64,000 nt of DNA from Catajapyx aquilonaris (taxonomy: Eukaryota). The translations under genes and the position numbers were made by a program. The stretch covers positions 1-64,000 of the forward strand of contig KZ538174.1 in assembly GCA_000934665.2 (NCBI GenBank), given 5' to 3'. Positions 38,225 to 49,297 of the stretch are shown here, piece after piece. The notes under the pieces were generated by a model. That model was not told the DNA's origin. It ran no database searches and was given only the letters and a program-made list of their open reading frames with translations. The first letter of the stretch is position 1; every line of letters starts with the position of its first letter.

Positions 38225-40794
38225 ATATCATGACATGGCAGACTGAGGAGAAAGAAAGTGACTCTGAAAAAGAGGACTGATAACACTGTGATTATCTCAT
38301 GTTTGTACGAGTACGTTTCAAATCAAATTATTATTATTATTTTTGAATTTTTTGTTGTACCCTGTGATGACCCTTACGGGTTCTATAGGGGGCTGGTACA
38401 CCACCATTTTTCCTCAATTTTCTAAGTTAACTTCACTCCGGTGCAGGGAAACAAGGACATTGGGTACGGAGTGGGATTTTTGGGGAGGGAACATGGGTGC
38501 AAGGTGCAATGTCGTAGCTATGTGCTGTTCCCCAGGAGATTAGGTTGCCAGACACCAGGTGTCTGGCACTCTGTCTCCTGGGAGGGGCCTCCTGGGAGTT
38601 ACCTTTCGCCTGCGTCAGGAGGGTCTCTGATCTGCACCTTGGAGGTCCTCCAAGGTGCAGATCAGAGACCCTCCTGACGCAGGCGAAAGGTAACTCCCAG
38701 GCGGAAATCAAATATGTACACAATACAACTCCTTTACATATGCATTGTAATACAGTGATTTTGAAAAGGGCACTATTCCAACAATTTGCATTCCATATTG
38801 CAACAATGTGAAGCGATGGGTGGGTAACAGGTGACTGTGGTTTAATACACTGTGACTTTCAGAACAAAACTGCTATTTCACATTTTTGATAGAGAGCACC
38901 ATTTAAATAATATTCAGTTTTTCTTGTGTCCTGAAAAAAAAAGGGTTTGTTGAATGTTGCCCTTTTCAAAATCACCGATTCAATTGCTGGCGACAGTGAG
39001 CGGGCTAATGTCACAAAGATGGAATTGGTGAGCTGGCAGCACTGGTGCGAACATCCGTAAGTTGTACAACCTTTGACACCGGTTTGTTTTTAAACGCATG
39101 GTGGACTGCAGCGCATGCTAATATTGGCCATCATTTCCCAGCAATTAAGCTGTGTTATTCTTTTATTTATTCTGGCCTATAGTGTTGCTTGCACTGTTTC
39201 AATGATAATTAATTAATTTAAATTAATTTCAAATGATAATTAATTATCTCCTTTTTTTAAAAAAATATATAAAAAAATAAAAAAAATAAAACCTTGGACA
39301 CAACCTTCGAGTACGATGGGTTGCCTACCCACCAGGCACAACAGACCAAAGGTGGAAACGGCCGTACCCGCGTACGGGGGCATATCCGGACATGGGTACT
39401 GAAGCTCAAAATACTTGCCTACGGGGCCTCTACCCACCCTGTGATTTTTGCCAGAGTTACCGGTATATTCAACTTGGCCCTGTGCATAAACATATGGTGA
39501 GTTCCACCATGATGTGTTATTCAATTTCTTTTATGCACACTTGTTTTAAGAGGCTAGTCACTCAACCATTAACCCCTTCAGCCCCAGATCGGCCCGAACC
39601 ACACAGTTTTTGGCTTACGCATACTCCGAAGATACGGACAAGATATTTTGCAAATAATAACAGCTATACTTACGAGATCTGGGAAAACCCTATGAATGTG
39701 TCTGGAACCATTTTACTCATCTAGAAGTCCCTAAATTAATTTCCAAAAAGGGCTATAATAACTCGAAATTGTACTACTGCCGCCCAACTTTTAGGCTGAT
39801 TTAATTATGAAATGCGTGAAAATATGCGGAATAACAACTTTGAGAACCATACCAGAGGAATGTGCTGAAATCGTCGTACTTTGCGAGAAATTAATTAATA
39901 CTCATTTGCAGCTTTCTGGCACTTCGGAAAACTCCGCATACGGTTCTCCAAGGTTCTCTAGGTACTATATACGTCATATTGTTTCATACCCCCCGCAAAC
40001 GAGCTTTATCCTGGCTATCCTAAGCAACCCACACGACATGATAACAGAAGCGAGTCAGCGGCAACAGGGCTTGGGGGGTGTTGCCCGGCTACGGAACCAG
40101 GTGGGGGTCGCTGGGCTGACCTTGCGTACCCCGTAAGCGATAAAGCCTTTTTTTTTGATATTTGTTGACTTGCCCATGCCGGAGGATAAATATAACCATC
40201 GTGTCCTTTCACTAAATGCGCGCATACGAGCTTGATGGCTGCATTCTGCATATAATNGGGGGGGGAGTCATTTGAATGATAATAACCCATCAAACAAGAG
40301 CGAATGCCAGCTAAGGCTGTGGATGCCTCAGGGGTTCGAAGCCCGTCTGGAGCCACAGCTGGATTATTTTTAATAATTGTTTTCTTCTGTTAATATTTTT
40401 TTCACCCCGGCATTGTCCTCAAATGATGATTTTACAGATCCCCTGTCTAAAACTAGTATATATTGGCCAGAAATATCCCCCGGACGTAATTATTCGTCCC
40501 TTGACCTACCCTTAAACCCGCGCGGTGTGGACACGGGATTATTCGGCATAAACGAACAAGATATTGAGCACCCATTCCATGGTTCCATGATGGTGCAATT
40601 ATATAGGTCTGACACGATACTTCTGAGGAAGTAAAATAAAGGCTGGGATGCCCACACACAAAAGCTGACAGTAAGCAGCAGGGCAAGACACTCTCAAATA
40701 CTATACAGGACGTGTCTGTAAGATTCCAACAAAATTCGTGCTAACGAAGGCAATGTTATAGCATTTACTTTGGGATGCAATCTGCTTCCCTGTC

Positions 40795-40833
<39 letters not shown>

Positions 40834-41524
40834 GACACCGGAAGCAGCACATGAAGCAATGAAACCATCAGGAAATAAGTTGAAGGCAATGAATGAAGAA
40901 CATCATCTTATATAGCTTCAATTTGTCATGTTGCTGGAACGATTTTGCAATGTGACAAAAATGTCAATACAGCTGCAAAGGAAGATTCCGGAAAGATGAG
41001 GTAGTGATCATGGTTTCGGACTACCGTAGTTCCAGTGTTGAAAAAAACAACTGTCGCAATGCAAGAGTCAAATATTTCTTCCAGTTCTTATTTACAATAT
41101 TACATTGCGAAGAGCCATGCCCAAAAAAATGTCGGCAACGATCAACAGTCACGACAAAAATATTCCTCCCCATGCATCGTCTCTTCTATCTTACCTCCCA
41201 CCCTCGTTGACTTGTTTTTTTTTGTATTTTTTTTAGATACTAAAGAATGTCGCTTGCCTCATGCTCAAGCTCTTGACAGTGTGTTGTGCGATGGTGAAAA
41301 GTGGTTAGTAGATTAGGAGGAAGTCTAGTTAATGTTGGCTGATCCGTCCTCTGCAAAGGGTAATAATAATTGACACAGAAATACATCGAAATGTTGTGTC
41401 CTTTTTATTTCTAATACTGTAGTCACAAAAAAACTTATCTGTCTCTTAAATCATGAACAGAAACAATGCCAAGTTTACACGATTCATTATCATGGACATT
41501 CAATCAAATTCTCAGTTCTGGGTT

Positions 41525-42010
41525 TAGAACTCAGGTGCACGAGAGGATTGGGATATGGTGCAATATGCAAGCAACGGTGCAGAGCATGAAGAAAACTCGA
41601 AGGAATTACAGGAAGATGAAGAGACAAGGATATAGACGACGCTAGGAAAGGTGTGGTAGCCCCTGCATAACAAATGGGAGAGCTCCCAAGACCAATGCTA
41701 AGGCTCCTCAGATCCGTCAAGACTAGGATCTGATAAAAGTCGCATCTGAACGCACTATTCTGAGGCTCTGGGTGTAGCTTTGGCTCAATCTTGACAGAGG
41801 CGAAACTCCGTGATGGTATGCTGCTGGCATTCTTTGAAGTGGACGAAGATGCAATGGAGCAATGTCGTGTTCATGGACAAGTCATCCATTGAGATTGGTT
41901 GGAGGGGAAAGAGAACGGTGACCCACACAATCTCCAGAATGTGCAACGGATGTCTTGTGGCCCTCTCCTTCTGAATGTCTGTGAAGTCGCGGGAACAGGT
42001 CATAATCGTC
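41525..42010 (+). pseudogene. Intronless, deletion-riddled inverted copy of transposase exons 2-4 (antisense to the transposase mRNA)
   Basis: GCACGAGAGGATTGGGATATGG (exon 2), AGGAAAGGTGTGGTAG (spans the exon 2/3 junction) and TGGAGCAATGTCGTGTTCATGGACAAGTCATCC (exon 4, first catalytic D region). Confidence 0.85.
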
Positions 42011-42915
42011 ATATCCTCCTGAGACCTGAGAAGAATTTTTTAACGCAATGTCAGTTCCTATTGCATTTTCTGAACATGTTCCCAATAAGAAACAAGAAAA
42101 AAATTTTAGTTTTAAAATATCGACAAAAATGGCGACAAACAACCAATGGGAACATTAGGACCCAATTGGTGCTACAAAAGCAGAACGGATGAAAGCTGAA
42201 AATTGAAATACCACTTAATGGATCACTCACATAGTGCTCTATCCTCCAAACATTGTTTTTAAAATTAATTTGTGGAATTAGTGGTAGAAATTCCTCTCAG
42301 AAGACAATTAAAGATAAATGAAATCATTTTTTAACGCCACCACTCCAGGCATGGGGCTTGCTCCTTCCCTTCTTACCCGCTAAAGTTGTACCTTGCTATT
42401 CTAGATTTTGAAACTGAACTGCACAGTGAAAAGCCCACTTCCTTATGGGTGTATAGGTACAGGCACGTAAAGAAAAGTCACACCCATTCAGCTAAAAATG
42501 CCATTTTTCGGATGTCCATTTAAATGGACATTTTGTCTCAGGAAGAAAAGAAAATGACCAGTTCTCTACAGCAACAAAGATTGTCACAGAATCATCTTTT
42601 CGCAGTTCCTAAGACACATTCCTTGCGAATCCCAGGACATTCACTGCATTGCGAAAATCACATTCTAAATATGAGTAAAAAAATAAAACTTATCAGATGA
42701 GCGCCTAAGCTTCAGCAGCGGAATCCGCCATTTTGTCCGCGATTTAATTTTTGCGGCCCAAGCCAGATATTCGACGCTAGGTGGCTACAGCTATTGAGGC
42801 CAGATTGTAACCATGGGATACCAGCCTATTACAGTTCTGTTGGCATCACTGGTTGGCGCCAAAAAAATCTTTTGCTCATGTCGACATATGACAACACCAG
42901 GTCTCAGGAGGATAT

Positions 42916-43046
42916 ACCAATATCTGGACGAATCATGCCGACGACGTCAAGATTCTGGATGAGGACGTCCTGCCGTCTCTCCTCGAAGAAAACCCTGATG
43001 GTTGCTTCTCTCCTGTGCAGTTTCGGTCTCCAATTGGCACTGCCCA
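42916..43046 (+). pseudogene. Second inverted block: diverged copy of the 3' half of transposase exon 4, abutting the stop codon
   Basis: Translates as VKILDEDVLPSLLEENPDGCFSPVQFRSPIGTAH, versus VQILEEEVLPHLLQDFPDGCFYVVQDRSPIHTAR in the intact gene. Confidence 0.85.
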
Positions 43047-44622
43047 TCAGTACTTGGTCCAGCCCCCACCCCGCCGGATTACTCCTTCCAGCCGCCGCGG
43101 CATGCTGTCAATGAGATTCCGGCGAAGCTCCTCGTCTCCTTGGAGGCTGGACCACTTCTCCTGGAGGCCGTCCCAGAGGGCATCCCTATTGGCGAATCGA
43201 CATCCAGAGAGGCCCCTCTTCAGGAGGCCCCAGACATTTTCAATTGGGTTCAAGTCGCACCCCTTGGGAGGCCACTCCAAGAAGTTGAGTGCAGGATTGT
43301 TCTGGGTCTGAAATGGAAGTGCATATGTGGTAGTACTGCATGATTAATCCCATAACTTACAATTCTTCTCGCCAAAGACCTACCCAGTGCTGCACTACAC
43401 GGGCAGTGTGTATTGGAGACCGATCCTGCACAACGTAAAAGCAACCATCAGGGAAATCTTGCAGGAGATGAGGCAGGACTTCCTCCTCCAGAATCTGCAC
43501 GTAGTTCTGCGCATTCATATGTCCAGATATTGGGATGACGGGTCCCAGAGACTTCACAGACATCCAGGAGAGAACAGCCACAGAAAAACGTCCACTCCGT
43601 TGCACAATCTGGAGATATCGTGGGTCGTACCGATCTCCCGGCAGTCGCCGTACCCTCATCTTTCCCCTCCAGCCAATTTCAACGGATGACTCGTCCATGA
43701 AGACAACATTGCTCCAGTCCTCCGCTGTCCAGTTCCTGTAGCTCTCTATTTAATGAAGGAAAAAATGATAATGCGATATTATCGCGTAATGTGGCAGCAC
43801 ATACTCATGTGAGTTTATAGACCAGTGGAGCGGGATGGGCAAAAATAGGCTACCCATGGTATGACTATATCGGCAGTGTATTATATCTTAATGTTAGAAT
43901 TGCGCAAATAGTAACATACCACTAAATGCCAGTCTATCACGGTGATTCGCCACTGTCAGCAATGGCTTTTGGGCCGCTGTTCTACACCGCAGTCGAGCCT
44001 CCATGAGACGCCTCTGAATAGTGCGCACTGACACGACTTCTACCAGATCTAACTCCCGTCGAATCTGCGGAGCCATTGGCCTCGGAAGGTCCCCCATCTG
44101 GCTCAGTTCAGCAATTTGCTGATCCTCCAGACTTGTCGTCAATCGGGGCCTACCACATCTGCAATAGATATGTTGCAGCACTTACAAGAAATCGTCCCCA
44201 TTAGATCATCGCATGCAATATTGCCATCTACATTTTGTCAATTTTCGTATCGGTCAAACTCAATAAGGACTCGTCAGGTTGATGACAGCTTCTCATATAA
44301 TAAGTTTATCCAGCGGGATTCTCTCTCACCTTCCTTTATATTGCGGGGTTAGAGTAGCAGTCATGGCCTCATCTTCATCCTGTAAATCCTGCAGGTTTTC
44401 TTCGTATCTCTTACAAATGCTCTGCACCGTTGCCTTGCTTAGTAGGAGTTGCTTTCCTATTGCCCCATATCCCAATCCTCTCGTGCGCCTTAGTTCTGCA
44501 AATAACGACATGAATATATTACACTCTTTTAGATAAAAAATGTATGCAAAAGTATTATTGCACCAAATTTCAAGCTTACCAATTACTCTGCTGCGAATGT
44601 CCCTGCTCAATGGTCTCGGCAT
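43047..44622 (-). CDS. Tc1-family (IS630-Tc1-mariner) DD35E transposase, intact, 5 exons, 356 aa
   Basis: Exons 44622-44580, 44495-44330, 44158-43920, 43745-43384 and 43307-43047 are GT/AG with consistent phases. It has paired-like HTH regions (MPRPLSRDIRSRVIE..., GRPRLTT, VSVRTIQRRL), VVFMDES, and VQDRSPIH...WPPKGCDLNPIENVW with 35 residues between the second D and E. It ends in a Tc1-type C-terminus (SMPRRLEGVIRRGGGWTKY). Confidence 0.92.
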
Positions 44623-44627
44623 CTTGC

Positions 44628-44665
44628 AATGAATTGGCGTACCCAGCACAGCCCGTTTTATATAC
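44628..44665 (-). promoter_or_regulatory. TATA box plus initiator of the transposase gene
   Basis: On the - strand, TATATAAAA (44664-44656) is followed ~30 nt later by TCATT (arthropod Inr), just upstream of the ATG. Confidence 0.6.
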
Positions 44666-46818
44666 GGACTCATCCCAAGTCAAATTGCAAAATTCACATG
44701 TGAATTGAAATGCCGCACTCCGGCGCCAGCACTTATTGGCCCCATGTATTATTTAGGGTACCCAAAACTCACGTTCTATGAGTTCAACTTACTATGCTGC
44801 TCCATCATTAGGCCTACATATCATAATTACTCCGCCGGCGATTGTTGTCATACACACAAGAATAATATTACACAAATTCTTTATTCAATTGGGAAAACAA
44901 GGGTGTTACTCAAATAATTGTCACTCATAATTCGAAATGTGGCTCCCTCTTTTCAAGACTGAATATATAAAGTAGGCCTATAACCTTCATAAGAATAGCA
45001 ATGAAGCAGTGCAGTAGGCCTCGGCCTTATTTTCATTATTTTGGGGACAAGCGTTCTTGTTGGTATATAACATTTCGCGTCTGCATTACGCTTCATTGAC
45101 TGCATGAAAATTTCAGCATGAATATTGGAAACAAGACCACGTGGTATTTAATATTTCACGATGATTATTAACTAACTTGCTTTTGATCTGGTCGCTGATG
45201 AGAGAGAGAGAGAGAGCCGACAGGGAAGCAGATTGCATCCCAAAGTAAATGCTATAACATTGCCGTCGTTAGCACGAATTTTGTTGGCATCTTACAGACA
45301 TGTCCTGTATAGTATTTGAGAGTGTCTTGCCCTGCTGCTTACTGCCAGCTTTTGTGTGTGGGCATCCCAGTGTCTTTATTTTACTTCCTCAGAAGTATCG
45401 TGTCAGACCTATGAAATTGCACCATGGAACCATGGAATGGGTGCTCAATATCTTGTTCGTTTATGCCGAATAATCCCGTGTCCACACCGCCAAAATTCGC
45501 GCGGGTTTAAGGGTAGGTCAAGGGACGAATAATTACGTCCGGGGGATATTTCTGGCCAATATATACTAGTCTTAGACAGGGGATCTGTAAAATCATCATT
45601 TGAGGACAATGCCGGGGTGAAAAAAATATTAACAGAAGAAAACAATTATTAAAAATAATCCAGCTGTGGCTCCAGACGGGCTTCGAACCCCTGAGGCATC
45701 CACAGCCTTAGCTGGCATTCGCTCTTGTTTGATGGGTTATTATCATTCAAATGACTCCCCCCCCCCCCCCTTCCCACGCTCCTTTTAAATGCAACAATTA
45801 GTTAATTGCAGCAGCACACAAAAGCAAACAGAATGCTCCCTATAAGTTCAATGATATCTGATTATATGCAGAATGCAGCCATCAAGCTCGTATGCGCGCA
45901 TTTAGTGAAAGGACACGATGGTTATATTTATCCTCCGGCATGGGCAAGTCAACAAATATAAAAAAAAGGCTTTATCGCTTACGGGGTACGCAAGGTCAGC
46001 CCAGCGACCCCCACCTGGTTCCGTAGCTGAGCAACACCCCCCAAGCCCTGTTGCCGCTGACTCGCTTCTGTTATCATGTCGTGTGGGTTGCGTAGGATAG
46101 CCAGGATAAAGCTCGTTTGCGGGGGGTATAAAACAATATGACGTATATAGTACATATTCAGGATATTTTAACATATTACATAAGAAATATTAAAATTATG
46201 AAATATGTTAAAATATCCTGAATATGTACTACCTAGAGAACCTTGGAGAACCGTATGCGGAGTTTTCCGTAGTGCCAGAAAGCTGCAAATAAGTAATAAT
46301 TAATTTCTCGCAAAGTACGACGATTTCAGCACATATTCCTCTGGTATGGTTCTCAAAGTTGTTATTCCGCATATTTTAACGCATTTCATAATTAAATCAG
46401 CCTAAAAGTTGGGCGGCAGTAGTCCAATTTCGAGTTATTATAGCCCTTTTTTGGAAATTAATTTAGGGACTTCTAGACGAGTAAAATGGTTCCAGACACA
46501 TTCATAGGGTTTTCCCAGATCTCGTAAGTGTAGCTGTTATTATTTGCAAAATATCTTGTCCGTATCTTCGGAGTACGCGTAAGCCAAAAACTGTGTGGTT
46601 CGGGCCGATCTGGGGCTGAAGGGGTTAAGGAACCATGATTAAGGAGTTAGATTGGTGTCCCTTTGAATAGAACAAAGTTGTTTGAGTTCTAAGCCACAGC
46701 AGCTTCCTTCCTTCCCTATCCTGGCCCCATCCATGTGTGAAGAAATTTCAGAAAAAATTGAGTGGTAAAATGGTGGTATTCCACCTCCCTAATGGAGCAC
46801 CGATTCTCCCAATTGGGC

Positions 46819-46822
<4 letters not shown>

Positions 46823-46885
<63 letters not shown>

Positions 46886-47168
46886 TCTTACCCCGCTATC
46901 AGCCTTTTTTGGCTCTTTAGGGGGGATTTTTGTTTTGTCTGGAACTCTTGCTTACATGTAGTTTACTTTTTGCTTTTTGGGATAGGATAGGGAAGGAAGG
47001 AGGCGGCTGTGGCCTTTTTAATTAGGAAGCAACCCCGGAATTCTCCTGGAGGGACCGTGGGAAACCACAGAAAACCACGGTCATAGTTGCCGGCCCCGGG
47101 GCTCGAACCCAGGACCTCCCGATTAGCAGTCGGACGACCCTATAGCCACTCCGCCAAACTGCTTCGGT
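46823..47168 (-). mobile_element. tRNA-derived SINE, family B, with an (ATT)n tail
   Basis: Head GAACCCAGGACCTCCCGATTAGCAGTCGGAC on the + strand; CCAATTGGG.AATA is repeated on both flanks. Confidence 0.75.
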
Positions 47169-47554
47169 CCAATTGGGTAATATACGAGTAAGTTGTTTGA
47201 GTTCAGAAAGGCTTGGGCCTTTGGCTTGGGCTGGATCTTGTCTGTAATCATTGTACACTACCCTTTGAATAATGATTACACTGGGGAACAAAAATAATTT
47301 TTCCCCCTGTTGCATGAGATTTTTCAACTGATTCCAAGTAGTCTTTCAACGTTGATTTCAAATCTGAAATCGGTTTTCCTCTACATGCTCTAGTTTTCAT
47401 GCAATTTGAAACTTGTGATTTTCGGGGGGAAAAGGACACCCATTGCGATTTACACTGGGGGTAACGTTAGAATTAGGCTTCGAGCTACCATATCAAGCTA
47501 GGCTTGATGAAACAGTTCGTGAAGGCATTAAGTACTGATGGGAATGTTTTCAAG

Positions 47555-48754
47555 CAGTGGCGTAGCAACCGGGGGGGCAGAGGGGGCAGCTGCCCCCCCA
47601 TGATTTATAATGGGGGGACAAACACTGGGTTTTGCCCCCCCCCACGAATTATCCATGAATTATGCACATCAAATGAAAAAAAAACCTTTGTTCCTTTGAA
47701 TTGTTTGAACTTTCTTTACTACTCTTTCTCATTTGCAGCTCGTACTGACACTGTATAGCAGAACTATTCGGCAATGAAAAATGTAATTTGTACTCGTGTT
47801 GTATTTGTTTTGAAATTAATAATAAATACATTTCATGTTCCAACAACAAAATTGAGAATTCGTGTTAGTAAACTACACCAGAATGGGGGAATTCATATCA
47901 CAGGTGGTCAGGTGCTTTGTTAGGCATGCTGAAGTAGTGAAGTAAGTAATCAGTTGCAGCTTCGCCCAAAATTAAATTCTGTATGCGGCACTGCCTGACA
48001 GCTGACACTGGTTTTTGTGAAAATTGTAGCCGGAAAATTGTCATTTTTGTTTCGTTTTCAAATCACAAGTTTTCATGACATCTATGCTTAAACATCGTTT
48101 TCAGTAATAGAAATTCCAAATGTTTTCTGCCCTCACCCCCTCCCCTAACATCTCCCCCTTGCAGTGCCGGATTTATAGGGGTGCGCAGGGTGTGCGAGAC
48201 CTGCCAGCCCCCCCCCCCNCCCCCCAAAAAAAAAAGGTTAAAATATTTTTTTATTAAAAATTAAAAATTAACTGCTACTTGTGACGCTACTGACGAACCT
48301 CCAGCTCCAGGCTTAAATACTTAATAGTAAGCAATTCCTCATCGGAAAAGGGAGTCAAAGTAATGTCGGGAGCACTACCCGCCTTCCCGTTGCAGTGATG
48401 TGAATGATCCTTAGTGGCGTATGCAGGGGGGCACGAAACGTTTGAAATAGCCGGAAATAACACTAGAAATTACTAATTCATGATTTTTTTGTTAAAGTGC
48501 TTCCAATTTCATCAAATACACACCCATTCAAATCTCCCACATTCACCTAAGCTCGTGTGACCTTGAACCCAAAAATTTCCACCTGCGGCGGGCTTCCTCC
48601 CCGCCCTTTCCAACTTGTTCCCCTAGTGCTTATGAAATGGGTCCCCACCCGAAATTTTTCTGCCTACGTGCCTGCCTTATTGCTGTGTATGTTAATTTCT
48701 ACGTCCCCCAAACCGTTTGCCCCCCCCATGAAAAAATTCGTTCCTACGCGCCTG
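47555..48754. mobile_element. Non-autonomous hAT element, 1.2 kb
   Basis: 8-bp TSD TTTTCAAG (47547-47554 / 48755-48762), CAGTGGCGTAG...CTACGCGCCTG ends and G/C-rich subterminal palindromes. Confidence 0.75.
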
Positions 48755-48857
48755 TTTTCAAGCATCACAATATGCATTAGTTTGGGAAAAGTACAAAATT
48801 TCGAAAAAGAATGTCCCAATTTTAAAACCACATAAGTCGAAAACTTGTAGACATATA

Positions 48858-49297
48858 CAGGGTGTATCAGAACTCTACCGTAAGCCATATGCCAATGGCG
48901 TAATGGTCAGCTGATGATCATTTACAGTATCGGAATCATAGGCCTGGGCCGCCGCATGACCGAGATAATTGACCTCAACCAATAGGTATAAAATATCCTG
49001 GCAGGTATGCAAACCTTCAGCCGCCAATCGCATCACAGGTGATGTCGCAGCTATTTTCTGGGGGGCTACTGCCACACTGCTATTGGGGTAGTCACTAAGG
49101 GCTCTTAGAATGCAGTTCCCCCCAGATGCACTGCTATTCTACAATCCCGCTTAAGCGCAATCGCTACTTCGCAAATGATCAATTATTATCTACGTGATGT
49201 GGCTGCCTAGACATGATGACCCCTCTACATATAATGATGCTCTGGTGCCCCTTATGCCATTGGCACATGGCTTACGGTAGAGTTCTGATACACCCTG
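48858..49297. mobile_element. mariner-type MITE, nested
   Basis: TA|CAGGGTGTATCAGAACTCTACCGTAAGCCAT ... ATGGCTTACGGTAGAGTTCTGATACACCCTG|TA. Confidence 0.85.

Larger units (their letters stand above)
36514..38981. mobile_element. Sola1-like non-autonomous element hosting nested insertions
   Basis: AATT|GAATCGGTCATTTTGAAAAGGGCAA ... TTGCCCTTTTCAAAATCACCGATTC|AATT, with TTTGAAAAGGGCA repeated internally. Confidence 0.65.
39573..46624. mobile_element. 7.05-kb DNA transposon with piggyBac-like ends (TTAA TSD, CCCC termini), ~1.25-kb TIRs and a Tc1-type transposase gene
   Basis: TTAA|CCCCTTCAGCCCCAGATCGG ... CCGATCTGGGGCTGAAGGGG|TTAA. Arms 39573-~40830 and ~45199-46624 are nearly identical reverse complements. 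Confidence 0.9.

Noticed and set aside
45985..46075. HDV-like ribozyme reading of the structured TIR segment
   Set aside because: P1 needs a bulge, P2 is only ~4 bp and the P1.1 GG differs between the two arms; a simple nested fold fits better.
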